Positions 53,183-62,917 of a DNA stretch of 64,000 nucleotides are shown here, piece after piece. Position numbers and translations under genes: made by a program. The number at the start of each line of letters is the position of its first letter. The first letter of the stretch is position 1. The notes under the pieces were generated by a model. That model searched no databases and was not told the DNA's origin. It worked only from the letters and a program-made list of their open reading frames with translations. This DNA is from Candidatus Thalassarchaeum sp. (GTDB taxonomy: Archaea; Thermoplasmatota; Poseidoniia; Poseidoniales; Thalassarchaeaceae). The stretch spans positions 170,981 through 234,980 of the forward strand of contig JADHRW010000001.1 of assembly GCA_016777225.1 (NCBI GenBank). The letters are read 5' to 3'.

Positions 53183-53980
53183 TTATTCCTCCGGAGTAAT
53201 TGTTTCTATATCCAAACATGAACTAATAGCCTTCTTAATCGAGGGCAACCAAGCCTGATGGATAGGAACCAACAAAGTAGTCTCCTGTGCTTTACTATCA
53301 TCAACCCTACTATTACGTAGGTCTCTTAATGAACCTCTAATTCTTGACACAAACCTACTATCTCTTGAATTAATTAATTCATTAGAAATACCGCGCTGCT
53401 CCTCTATCCACCAAGTCATTGCTGATGCTGCTGCTGCACCCAAGTCTGCATCAACTCCTTTAGCAGACGATACTGAGCCTATTGCATTTTTTCTAATTTT
53501 TTTCCAACGTCTACCAGTTGTTAAAGTCAAAAATAGATTTGAATAAGTAACTTGTAGATCTGCACTACTTATTTGCCAATCAATCCAATCTTCATCATCA
53601 AGACTGGGTTCAATAGCATAAATTGGCATGCCTCCACGAGCGTTTTGAGCATGAAGAAGTAGACGTATTTGTTCAGGATCAGGAATTACTGGACCATCGA
53701 CGTTCAATTCATTTAAATCACTCATTAGTCGTCCAAGAACAGTACCTGATGCAATGGCTGAATCACGATGAATACCAGGGCTATCTCGTTCTTGCTCGGC
53801 CTCAATAATCCAAGATTTTAGATCTATTGAAGAGGTCAAAAAAGCTATTCCATGGAAATTTGAATGAGACCTTAACTTAGTTGGCATACGTAAACATGGT
53901 ATATGTGGCCAAAATATGATTTTACCACCATCAGGGTCTTTGAAATGATACTCACCCCATACTAGTTCTGGCATCTCCAT
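53183..53980 (-). CDS. Hypothetical protein, first gene of the operon with TBP-like and TatD genes
   Basis: 265-aa ORF, 1 nt from the TBP-like start; TTCAA at -29..-25. Confidence 0.65.
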   Translation of the reverse strand: MEMPELVWGEYHFKDPDGGKIIFWPHIPCLRMPTKLRSHSNFHGIAFLTSSIDLKSWIIEAEQERDSPGIHRDSAIASGTVLGRLMSDLNELNVDGPVIPDPEQIRLLLHAQNARGGMPIYAIEPSLDDEDWIDWQISSADLQVTYSNLFLTLTTGRRWKKIRKNAIGSVSSAKGVDADLGAAAASAMTWWIEEQRGISNELINSRDSRFVSRIRGSLRDLRNSRVDDSKAQETTLLVPIHQAWLPSIKKAISSCLDIETITPEE

Positions 53981-54093
53981 ACCTATCCGAAACAGTACTT
54001 AGGATTGAATACAACGGTTAGAAAACTAGAGATTATTGTAAAAACAATATGATAGTTTCAAGTTTGATGAGGTTTTGAGTGGCTTTGATAGAC

Positions 54094-54543
54094 ATGAACG
54101 AGGCCTACTCTACAGACCCAGTAATTCAATTAAATGAAGTATTTCCAGGAGATACCAATGCCCTAGATACACTATTCGGAGGAAGACTGATGGCAATCAT
54201 GGATACCACTGCAGGGATGGCTGCTTCTAAGTTCGCACATAGAAATTTTGTAACTGTTTCAGTTGATGCATTAAAATTTAGAAGACCTGCCTATCAAGGA
54301 GATATTATTCGAACGACTGCAAAAGTAGTATGGACATCGCCAAGAACTGCAGGGATACATGTAATCTCATGTAGATTATCAAGATCTGAATGGGTTGGTG
54401 AAGAAATTTGTTCTGGTTTCTTTTTTATGGTCGCAATAGATAGAGATATGAAGGCAATTAATATCCCCCAATTTGAACCAAAAACTGATGAGGAAAAAGA
54501 ATTATGGAACTCAGCGAAGAAAGCCAGAGATGCAATGAGTTGA
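54094..54543 (+). CDS. Acyl-CoA thioesterase (hotdog fold)
   Basis: VFPGDTN..TLFGG...MD, VTVSVD; ATG 54094 has TTGAT at -30..-26. Confidence 0.9.
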   Translation: MNEAYSTDPVIQLNEVFPGDTNALDTLFGGRLMAIMDTTAGMAASKFAHRNFVTVSVDALKFRRPAYQGDIIRTTAKVVWTSPRTAGIHVISCRLSRSEWVGEEICSGFFFMVAIDRDMKAINIPQFEPKTDEEKELWNSAKKARDAMS

Positions 54544-54601
54544 ACATTACAATAACCTCCACCACCGTTCCTTTCAACAAGGGATGGCTATTCGGATATT
54601 T

Positions 54602-55576
54602 GTGCCTGTACTCAATGTTGCCTTTGTTGGCTCGGAAAATCTCGCTAGAAGTATTGCGAAAAAAGGAGATGTTAGAGATATTGAATCATATGTTTTCAAA
54701 GAAGAAAAAAATGGGATAACACAAATAATTTCTTTACTTAGGCCACTAAAACATCCTGAAAAAATAAGACCTTTGCTTTCAGTACTTAATGTAGCTAAAG
54801 TTGGAATAATTGAAGTGTCTAAAGTTGATTCATCGTTAGGAGAAATTTGCGTGGCTTTTGGTTGTGCAGGAATCAAAAAAGGACTAGTAATCATAAATGC
54901 AGAAACTGGAGGGTGGGTAGATCCTGAACAAGTAAAAATGATTATTCAACAGTCAGGATTAGAAGATTGGGAGTTATGTGAAAATGTTCCAGATGAACAT
55001 GAAATTCGAGAAAAATTATTCAATTTCATGGATGAAGTCAAGGAAAATAATGAAGCTTTAATTATCCCAGTTGATCAATATTTTAATGTTAAAGGAGTGG
55101 GATTGGTGGCTATTGGATACGTACAATCAGGTTCGGTTTCTAAGCACGATAATATACAAGTTCTGCCTGTTGGAGAAAATGGGATTGTTAGAAGTCTGCA
55201 AGTTATGGATGATGATGTAGAAATTGCAGTATCAGGAGATAGAGTAGGTTTAGCAATAAGAAATCTTAGAGAAGAAGCATTACACAGAGGTTGTATGGTA
55301 ACACATGTAGATTCTGAAGCATTGGTTAAGAATATTTCATCTACTTTTGAGATTAAAAAAGCGCCTTTTCAAAAGCGTGAATTAGAAATTGGAGACGTCA
55401 TACATGCAGCAGTGGATATGCAATTTATCGTAGGGAGAGTTAGTAACAAAGAAAGTACTAATTTCACAGTAGAATGGGAAGTCCCACTTTGGACACGATT
55501 AATCGATAGCCCACCCATTATCATCACTCAATTAGATGCTACTCCAATGCGTATTATTGGCACAACTATTTTTTAA
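54602..55576 (+). CDS. SelB/EF-Tu-like protein with degenerate G domain
   Basis: Domain II VDQYFNVKGVG...G.V..G, VRSLQ, GDRVGLA; no GxxxxGKS P-loop; GTG 54602 preferred. Confidence 0.75.
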   Translation: MPVLNVAFVGSENLARSIAKKGDVRDIESYVFKEEKNGITQIISLLRPLKHPEKIRPLLSVLNVAKVGIIEVSKVDSSLGEICVAFGCAGIKKGLVIINAETGGWVDPEQVKMIIQQSGLEDWELCENVPDEHEIREKLFNFMDEVKENNEALIIPVDQYFNVKGVGLVAIGYVQSGSVSKHDNIQVLPVGENGIVRSLQVMDDDVEIAVSGDRVGLAIRNLREEALHRGCMVTHVDSEALVKNISSTFEIKKAPFQKRELEIGDVIHAAVDMQFIVGRVSNKESTNFTVEWEVPLWTRLIDSPPIIITQLDATPMRIIGTTIF

Positions 55577-55668
55577 AATCGGCGACGTACAAAACCTATG
55601 CTAAGAGTGCCAATAATACACTCAACTAACCGAGTTATTATATCGTCGACGAGTTACTCGCGGACTGG

Positions 55669-57393
55669 ATGCACACGTTCGGGCGTAATGCCCGACCGGA
55701 TGAGGGTGAGTCGGCACTGTTCGGCAACCTCTCTTTGGTTGGGGTAGGGGGTAAGTTTACGATTACCGTAAATCAGCGGCAGCTAATTCTATCAAATAGC
55801 CTAAATAAAGGTATGAGGCTAGATTTAGCATCTATTTCTAGAACAAGAAGTATTGACATCCCTCGATTACCAGGAGGTATTGTATTATGGGGTGGAGCAG
55901 CGTGCTATTTAGGAGCCACAATACTAATTCCACCATTAGGATATGCCGTAACTCTACTAGGTGCAGGATCTATGCTTTCACATTTTATATTAAAAAATCC
56001 TGCATTGGTAATTGAAACAAGTATTGGAGGCAGACATATTATTCAGTCTAAATTACATGATCATGAAACTTTATTGAAATTACAAATGATGATTCAAAAA
56101 GTGAGTAATGGCCAAACAGTATCTGAAGCCAAAGCATCATTAGAGAAGGAATTTCAAAGAGTTTCGAACCCAGTAGTAAAACCAAAAGGACTTCTAAGCG
56201 CACCAAATATTGAGAGTTTAGCTGTAGATTATAGTAATGAAATTCAACCTCTACAAAGTCATTTGGAACCCCAAGTGAACATAAATAAAGTTCAACCAGA
56301 GATAGATATACTACCTTTTAATTTCCAAGAACCTACAATTGAACCCGATATTAATTCAGAGTTCAGTAATCCCAGTAATAAATATACAGCTCATGAAACA
56401 ACGTCAGCATATCAACAAACATGGGGTAGGAATGAACCCGAATGGTATAATGAAAAACAAGCAGAGAATCGTATAGATTCAGTATTAGAAGATGCTACAA
56501 TAGCAATGGATTCTAATATATTTGGATTTGGAGGAATTTTTGATTCTGAACCGGCTCCATCATCAGTCACAGAGCCCGTTAATTATTCTGCACCTCCTGA
56601 ACAACAACCATCATATCCTATACCTGAACAGTATATCAGTCAACAAAATAATCAAATTGAATCTACAAATTCGATCTTTGGAATAAGTAATAATGAAATC
56701 GATGTGCAAAATCGACCAACATCTAGCGCAGGAATGATAAGAGCAGCAAATGGATTAAGACGTAGTACAATAAATAATCATCAAAATAATTTACCATTAC
56801 CCGAACCTACTGATGAAGCAGTCAGAGGTGAATGTAGACCCGGTTTAGTAAAAAGAGCAAAAGCCCAACAATCATTACAGAGAAAAGCAGAAATCATGGC
56901 ATCATTACCTGCACCTGCTGATTTACAAGAATTCCCAGGATTATTGAATCTTGCTAATTCACTTGGAGATGGCCGTTTAGTATTAAGAAATCAACCAGTT
57001 AAAAGAAGAAAACTAGGGCTTCTCGAAAGACTATTAGTTCCAAGTTCACGCAATTACGTATCCAGTAAAACAGATTATGCATCAGAGTATGGAGACCCAG
57101 ATGGAATTAATGCTGATAAAAATTCAAGATTTCAGACATCTCAGAGTTTGAGAATAAGAAGTGATCAAGAACATCAAGCAGATGTTAAGAATAGAATTAC
57201 TCAGTCAACTCATACTGAGAGATCCTCTGCAATAGATGAATTACATAGAGTAGTTCAAAAAGTTGCAAATGGTGAAGAGCATAGTCCAATTGTTCTAATC
57301 AACGAAGAACCAATGTTAAGATTTAATCAAATGCGTAGAACATCGAATCAAGAAGATTCTGGTCATTTGAAAGGTATCAGAAGACTGGATTAA
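55669..57393 (+). CDS. Hypothetical membrane-anchored protein with long low-complexity region
   Basis: Two TMs near the N-terminus followed by a P/N/S/E/Q-rich region. Confidence 0.6.
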   Translation: MHTFGRNARPDEGESALFGNLSLVGVGGKFTITVNQRQLILSNSLNKGMRLDLASISRTRSIDIPRLPGGIVLWGGAACYLGATILIPPLGYAVTLLGAGSMLSHFILKNPALVIETSIGGRHIIQSKLHDHETLLKLQMMIQKVSNGQTVSEAKASLEKEFQRVSNPVVKPKGLLSAPNIESLAVDYSNEIQPLQSHLEPQVNINKVQPEIDILPFNFQEPTIEPDINSEFSNPSNKYTAHETTSAYQQTWGRNEPEWYNEKQAENRIDSVLEDATIAMDSNIFGFGGIFDSEPAPSSVTEPVNYSAPPEQQPSYPIPEQYISQQNNQIESTNSIFGISNNEIDVQNRPTSSAGMIRAANGLRRSTINNHQNNLPLPEPTDEAVRGECRPGLVKRAKAQQSLQRKAEIMASLPAPADLQEFPGLLNLANSLGDGRLVLRNQPVKRRKLGLLERLLVPSSRNYVSSKTDYASEYGDPDGINADKNSRFQTSQSLRIRSDQEHQADVKNRITQSTHTERSSAIDELHRVVQKVANGEEHSPIVLINEEPMLRFNQMRRTSNQEDSGHLKGIRRLD

Positions 57394-58347
57394 TCATAAA
57401 CCTACAATTCTTCTATATTTGTCTAATCTTGCATGATATGAACCTCTTTCGATATTAGAAAGATTGGAACATCCCAAACCCTCAATTGTGAAAGATGCAG
57501 TGACGGTTGCATGAACTAAAGCATTACGAATAATATTGACATCATTGAGCGCACCGGGCCTCCCAGAAATATTTGCCAAAAATGCCCCAGCAAAAGAATC
57601 CCCACATCCAGTAGGATCGACTACATTACTTATTGGATAAGCAGGTAAAGCGACTAATCCAAATGGAAACTTAGCAATTACTCCACTACTCCCCCTCTTT
57701 ACTACTATACAACGAGGACCAGGGCCAGCAGACTCTCCACCATACAAAGCAGAACCTGACTGAAGAGAACTCATAGCACGTGGAAGAATTTCATCATTAG
57801 CGATGGCACAGACCTCTTCTTCATTGAGAATTGCTATATCTACTTTACGAAGAGCTTCTGAAAGTGTCTTTTTTTCTTCATTAATCCACATCATAAATGA
57901 GTCAAGTGCTGTGATTACTGCACTAGGACATTGATCTAAAACTGAAACTTGGGTAGCGGGGTGGGTATTAGCACAGAACAATATTTCTGGAATTCGCCAA
58001 GATTCTGGTATTTCGGGATTGAAATTTTCTAGAACATTGACATCAGTAGAAATTGTATTAGCATTTTCCATTGAACCTTGATACATACCTGACCAACGGA
58101 ATGTATCTCCATTTCGCATCACTACGCCGGCTAGATTTAATCCAGCTGATTCTAATTTCAATTGATCTGAGGTTGAGAAGTCTTGACCTACTGCGCTTAC
58201 AATACCAACATTAGGTGTGTTTTGAACATCTTCAAATTTATGAAAGGCAGCAGAAAGACCAGCATACGTTGCAGCACCACCTAATAGGTCAGAACCTTCT
58301 GCTTCAGGGGTTGAGATATCATCATAACCAATACTTCCAACAATCAA
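57394..58347 (-). CDS. PfkB-family carbohydrate/nucleoside kinase
   Basis: VGSIGYD, LGGAATY, LNEEE, VKRG, VDPTGCGDSFAG. Confidence 0.9.
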   Translation of the reverse strand: MIVGSIGYDDISTPEAEGSDLLGGAATYAGLSAAFHKFEDVQNTPNVGIVSAVGQDFSTSDQLKLESAGLNLAGVVMRNGDTFRWSGMYQGSMENANTISTDVNVLENFNPEIPESWRIPEILFCANTHPATQVSVLDQCPSAVITALDSFMMWINEEKKTLSEALRKVDIAILNEEEVCAIANDEILPRAMSSLQSGSALYGGESAGPGPRCIVVKRGSSGVIAKFPFGLVALPAYPISNVVDPTGCGDSFAGAFLANISGRPGALNDVNIIRNALVHATVTASFTIEGLGCSNLSNIERGSYHARLDKYRRIVGL

Positions 58348-58367
58348 TATATCCAGAATCTCACCTC

Positions 58368-59705
58368 CTATAACAAGTCTTTATGTTCTTCGAGATAGTG
58401 TATGGTAATATTTCTTTTACGGAAATCCGTTTCAGATAAAATTGCTTGATGTAACGGTATTAGAGTATCCACACCTAACAATTTTATCTCTGATAAAGCT
58501 GCTTTTAATTTGGCAATAGATTCATCCCTAGAAGGGGCCCAAACTATCAATTTTGCGAGTAAACTGTCGAAGGAAGCAGGCATATCATAACCAGTATATG
58601 CATGAGTATCAATCCTAACTCCAGGTCCACCAGGCCAGTGACACTCCCATAATTTACCAGGTGAGGGGGCTAAAGTAACAGGGTTTTCAGCATTTAACCT
58701 AACTTGTATTGCATGTCCATTAATATTAATATCCTCTTGTCTTAAGCGTATTTCTTCACCTGCTGCAACTCTTATTCCCATAGATACTAAATCTGTACCA
58801 GTGATCATTTCCGTAACAGTATGTTCAACCTGAACTCTAGGATTAACTTCTAAGAAATAGAATTCTCCTTGAGAGTCTCGGAGAAATTCAAATGTGGCTA
58901 AACCACAATATCCCACTGCTTTAGCACCTTCAACCACTTTAGTTCCAATTTCTTCTCTTTTCTCTTCAGATAACCAAGGCCCTTCTTCTAGTATCTTCTG
59001 ATGTCTTCGTTGAATAGAACAAAACCTTTCACCGAAATGTATTGCCTCTTTACCATCCCCCAATACTTGGAATTCGATATGTTGAGCACCTTCAATAAAC
59101 TTCTCTAAAAATACTCTATCATCGCCAAAAGCAGAAAGTGCACGTCCTTGACAAAGTTTCATTGCAGACTCAAATTCCTCAGAAGATTCTACTACTTGCA
59201 TACCGATACCACCACCTCCAGCAGCCGCTTTAAGAATCACTGGAAAGCCAATTTCTTCAGCGATTAATGATGCTTCTTTAGGATTTGAAATAGGGCCTGG
59301 AGAGCCCATAGCAATTGGAAGACCTGCTTTAGACATCGCCTCTCTAGCAGTAATTTTATCACCTAATAATTGAAGCACTTCTGCACTTGGTCCGATAAAA
59401 GTAATACCTTCTTCAGAGAGTCTCTTAGCAAACGTTGGATTCTCAGCAAGAAATCCATAACCTGGATGGACAGCATCGGCTCCTACATCTTTAGCAGCAG
59501 CAACAATTGCTTCAATATCTAGGTAAGATGCTAAAGGGTCGTCTCGCGGTATGTATACCGACTCATCTGCTAGTCTAACAGGTGTTGAAATTCTATCTTC
59601 CCTGCCATATATCATCACTGCTTCTATACCTAGAGAATGTAGTGAACGAAGAATACGTAAAGCAATTTCTCCACGATTTGCAATGAGGACTCTTCGAAAC
59701 ATCAT
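58368..59705 (-). CDS. accC: Biotin carboxylase subunit of acyl-CoA carboxylase
   Basis: LIANRGEIA, HPGYGFLAEN, KAAAGGGGIGM, CSIQRRHQK, EVNPRVQVEH, DSLLAKL. Confidence 0.95.
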   Translation of the reverse strand: MMFRRVLIANRGEIALRILRSLHSLGIEAVMIYGREDRISTPVRLADESVYIPRDDPLASYLDIEAIVAAAKDVGADAVHPGYGFLAENPTFAKRLSEEGITFIGPSAEVLQLLGDKITAREAMSKAGLPIAMGSPGPISNPKEASLIAEEIGFPVILKAAAGGGGIGMQVVESSEEFESAMKLCQGRALSAFGDDRVFLEKFIEGAQHIEFQVLGDGKEAIHFGERFCSIQRRHQKILEEGPWLSEEKREEIGTKVVEGAKAVGYCGLATFEFLRDSQGEFYFLEVNPRVQVEHTVTEMITGTDLVSMGIRVAAGEEIRLRQEDININGHAIQVRLNAENPVTLAPSPGKLWECHWPGGPGVRIDTHAYTGYDMPASFDSLLAKLIVWAPSRDESIAKLKAALSEIKLLGVDTLIPLHQAILSETDFRKRNITIHYLEEHKDLL

Positions 59706-59763
59706 TCTTGGCAACGAAAGGCACACTATGATTGCATCGGCAAAAATATAGTAGATTTAACTA

Positions 59764-61602
59764 TCAATAGACATCTCGCAAGTAACGCTTATCTTTTTTC
59801 ATCATACTATCTTCAACAAAAGATTTAGCATCATCTAAACTCATTTTACCATGTTCAGAACAAATATCAATCAATGTTTGATGAACATCTTTAGCCATAC
59901 GTGATTTATCTCCACAAACATAAAAATACCCTCCACCATCAATCCATTCCCAAATTTCTAATCCATTTTTTCTCATTAAATGTTGAACATAAACCTTCTC
60001 AGAACCATCTCTTGACCAAGCAAGATCATGTTTAGTTAAAATATCTCGATTTTTCCAATCATCCATCTCTTCTTTGTAGTAGTATTCTCCTTCTTCAGTC
60101 CAGTCTCCAAAGAATAGCCAATTTCTACCTCTGTCACCATTCAAATCTCTTTGCTGGAGAAATGCCCTAAATGGTGCTATTCCAGTACCTGGCCCTACCA
60201 TAATACAGTCAACATCACCATTCTCTGGTAAAACGAATGACCTAGTAGGAGACATGAAAACTCCTATCGGAGTTTCTTCTACTACGCACCTATCTGAAAG
60301 ATATCCAGTAGTTAATCCGGCTCTATCTCTATCGTGATAGTTGTAACGAACAATTCCTACAGTTAAGTGAACAGTCCCTGGCTCATATTCTGGACTACTT
60401 GCTATTGAATAAAGTCGTGGCTTTAATCTGTCCATTCCATCAATAAATTCTTGCGGAGTAAATGATACATTGCTAAAATCTCTAAGTGCATCGACATAGT
60501 CCCTCGTCCACATATAATCTTCCATAGATTTAGAGTCTGAAGTTAGTTTGTTCCAAAGCTCTTCAGCAGGGTCATTTGGAGAAGTTATCTGTGAATAGTC
60601 GGATGGTAAATCATCATCATTACCTGAACCTTTCCAACTTATTATTGTTGAACCGTCAGACGTCGATACACGATTTCTGCTAACTATCCTAATTTCAATA
60701 GGACCTTCACTACTAACTACTCTTGAGCCTAAACCTTCAATCCATTTTTTAGAAACTCGATGAACTTCATACCTTGTGGACAATGCTTCATGTAAACTGC
60801 AAACCCCGAGATTTGTTTCAACCTCTTCTTCTCCAGTAAAACCACCTAGAGAAAGAAGATCTGCCACAACTTCAGGAGGACAAATTGGAATTACCCCCAA
60901 TGCGTCACCTGCCTTATATTCTAATCCTGAATCACCTAAATCGAATACTATGTGCCGAGTTTCTTTACCTGAACCCTTGCCATTAAGAATAAAGTTTTGA
61001 GTTAATTTAGAGGAATAAGGATTCTTCGCATTCCATTGTGACTTAGCAACTTCCTTTTTTATGGTCGTATTATCAATAGCTTCTAATGTTGATTCATCAA
61101 TCTCAATAATTTCTTCAGCAACTTCTACGGGAGGTGCGATATCTTCGATTGCTGCCATTTTGACGAGAACAGCATCCGACCATGTTTGTGCGGGTTCTTC
61201 ATAATCAACATCACAATCAACTCTATCATATACTCTAGTAGCACCTTTAGATTCAAACCAATTATCCCATTCTTTACCTGATTCACAGAATAAATCATAA
61301 GAAGAATCGCCCAATGCTAACACTGAGAAGTGCAATCCTTTCAACGAATCTATATTACTACCATTTGCTTCTTCCCAAAGATCTTCTGCATTGTCTGGTT
61401 GTTCTCCATCGCCCCAAGTACTGCAACAAATGAGTAAACGAGTTTGTCCAAGAATTTCATCAATTGAAATCTCATCCATTGCTCTAACAATTGGTTGTAA
61501 GTTATGTTTTAATGCGGCATTACCAGTTTGTATAGCAACATCTTCCGAATTACCAGATTGAGAACCGTATAAGATAAGTAAAGAACGAGCATCAGACATC
61601 AT
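59764..61602 (-). CDS. cysJ: Diflavin (FMN/FAD) NADPH reductase, sulfite reductase flavoprotein-like
   Basis: YGSQSGNSE, STWGDGE.PDNA, LGDSSY, RLYSIASS, GPGTGIAPFR, KVYVQH, YVCGD..MAKDV, RYLRDVY. Confidence 0.85.
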   Translation of the reverse strand: MMSDARSLLILYGSQSGNSEDVAIQTGNAALKHNLQPIVRAMDEISIDEILGQTRLLICCSTWGDGEQPDNAEDLWEEANGSNIDSLKGLHFSVLALGDSSYDLFCESGKEWDNWFESKGATRVYDRVDCDVDYEEPAQTWSDAVLVKMAAIEDIAPPVEVAEEIIEIDESTLEAIDNTTIKKEVAKSQWNAKNPYSSKLTQNFILNGKGSGKETRHIVFDLGDSGLEYKAGDALGVIPICPPEVVADLLSLGGFTGEEEVETNLGVCSLHEALSTRYEVHRVSKKWIEGLGSRVVSSEGPIEIRIVSRNRVSTSDGSTIISWKGSGNDDDLPSDYSQITSPNDPAEELWNKLTSDSKSMEDYMWTRDYVDALRDFSNVSFTPQEFIDGMDRLKPRLYSIASSPEYEPGTVHLTVGIVRYNYHDRDRAGLTTGYLSDRCVVEETPIGVFMSPTRSFVLPENGDVDCIMVGPGTGIAPFRAFLQQRDLNGDRGRNWLFFGDWTEEGEYYYKEEMDDWKNRDILTKHDLAWSRDGSEKVYVQHLMRKNGLEIWEWIDGGGYFYVCGDKSRMAKDVHQTLIDICSEHGKMSLDDAKSFVEDSMMKKDKRYLRDVY

Positions 61603-61723
61603 AATACCTCGAATGTATGTACTGCCGAGTTGAAACCCATTTATGAATAGATGTCTAAAGACAGGTAGTGTTGACTCATCTTCAAAGCGATTAAGTCAAG
61701 TCTTAGATGCATAGTCGGTAACT

Positions 61724-62527
61724 ATGAATCGCATCGACTTCCTAGGCACTGGCAATGCCTTCACACCTTTTGGAAGACTACATGCATTAGCAATAATTGA
61801 TAGAAAAATACTGATTGACACTCCACCTTCTCTGATACCACAACTACGAAAATCAGGTATAAAAACATCAGACATAAGTCATTTATTATTCACTCATTGG
61901 CATGCAGATCATACATTTGGGTTTCCATTCTTCTTACTTGAAAGAAAATATATTTCAGATACAAAGAGAGAACAAGAATTGAATATTTATTTGAGACCAG
62001 GAGGTAGAGATTTCTTGGCTAATCTTTGCAATATTGGATTCCCAGGAAGTCTAGAAAATGACATTGATTTAATCGCAAATTGGAATGAAATGGAAAATAC
62101 AGAGTTAGTTGGTACAGATTGGAAGTTTGAGAGATTCCCTGTCTGTCATACTCCAGAGACAGATCCTCACGGTTATGAATTGAAACACAATAATGGATTT
62201 ATTCTACTACATTGTGGAGATTCAGGTCCATGTGAAGAAATAGAGAATAGAGCAAGTAATGCTGATGTAGTAATTTTAGAAATGGGTATGCCTGACATAG
62301 GAGATTTCCCTTATCACCATACACCCAAAGATGTGAAAGAATTCTCAGAAAGGAATCCCAACACATTAGTTCTAGTCACACATAATTATGCAAGTTCTAG
62401 AAATAATGAAGAAGGATTTCCCATACCAGAATTACCAGGGAAAATTCATCAATTAGAAGATGGAGATGCAATAGTATTTGATGAGAATGGTCAAGTAGAA
62501 TTGTTAAAAAAGAAGTTTGATAAATAA
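61724..62527 (+). CDS. Metallo-beta-lactamase-fold hydrolase (RNase Z/PhnP-like)
   Basis: FLGTG, THWHADH, GDSG, H-motifs. Confidence 0.8.
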   Translation: MNRIDFLGTGNAFTPFGRLHALAIIDRKILIDTPPSLIPQLRKSGIKTSDISHLLFTHWHADHTFGFPFFLLERKYISDTKREQELNIYLRPGGRDFLANLCNIGFPGSLENDIDLIANWNEMENTELVGTDWKFERFPVCHTPETDPHGYELKHNNGFILLHCGDSGPCEEIENRASNADVVILEMGMPDIGDFPYHHTPKDVKEFSERNPNTLVLVTHNYASSRNNEEGFPIPELPGKIHQLEDGDAIVFDENGQVELLKKKFDK

Positions 62528-62917
62528 CTTCATTATAAAGTATAAATTTTATTAAATGCTATTTTTAGTATCAATAGACTAAAAAAAAATAAATTCAGTT
62601 AGAAGATTGAACAGATTGAAATACAAAAAAAAATAAGAACATAATTATAATTAATTATTTATTTAATAGTGTTAATTTAACACCGCAATAAAAAAGAAGA
62701 AAAGGGGTACTGATTAGATGCTCGTATGTAAAAGTTAACATTAGTAGTTGATTACTTTAACCTCTATTAGAGGATTGAAAACTGGGTCTCACCTCACCTT
62801 AGATTGGAATCACTTATTACCTCTAAGCGTGTCGTCAAGAATCCCCGTTGTTCGACCGACCATCTCAAAGAGTGGTATTAGAACTTTGGAAATAACCTAA
62901 GGCATTGGTGATAAAAA
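62528..62917. other. Candidate replication origin / AT-rich intergenic region upstream of orc1/cdc6
   Basis: About 170-nt very AT-rich tract, repeated (A/G)GATTG(A/G)A words, CCTCTA-T-TAGAGG inverted repeat, adjacent to cdc6. Confidence 0.4.

Noticed and set aside
61724-62527. Assignment as bona fide RNase Z
   Set aside because: Short and without an evident exosite arm; only the MBL fold is supportable
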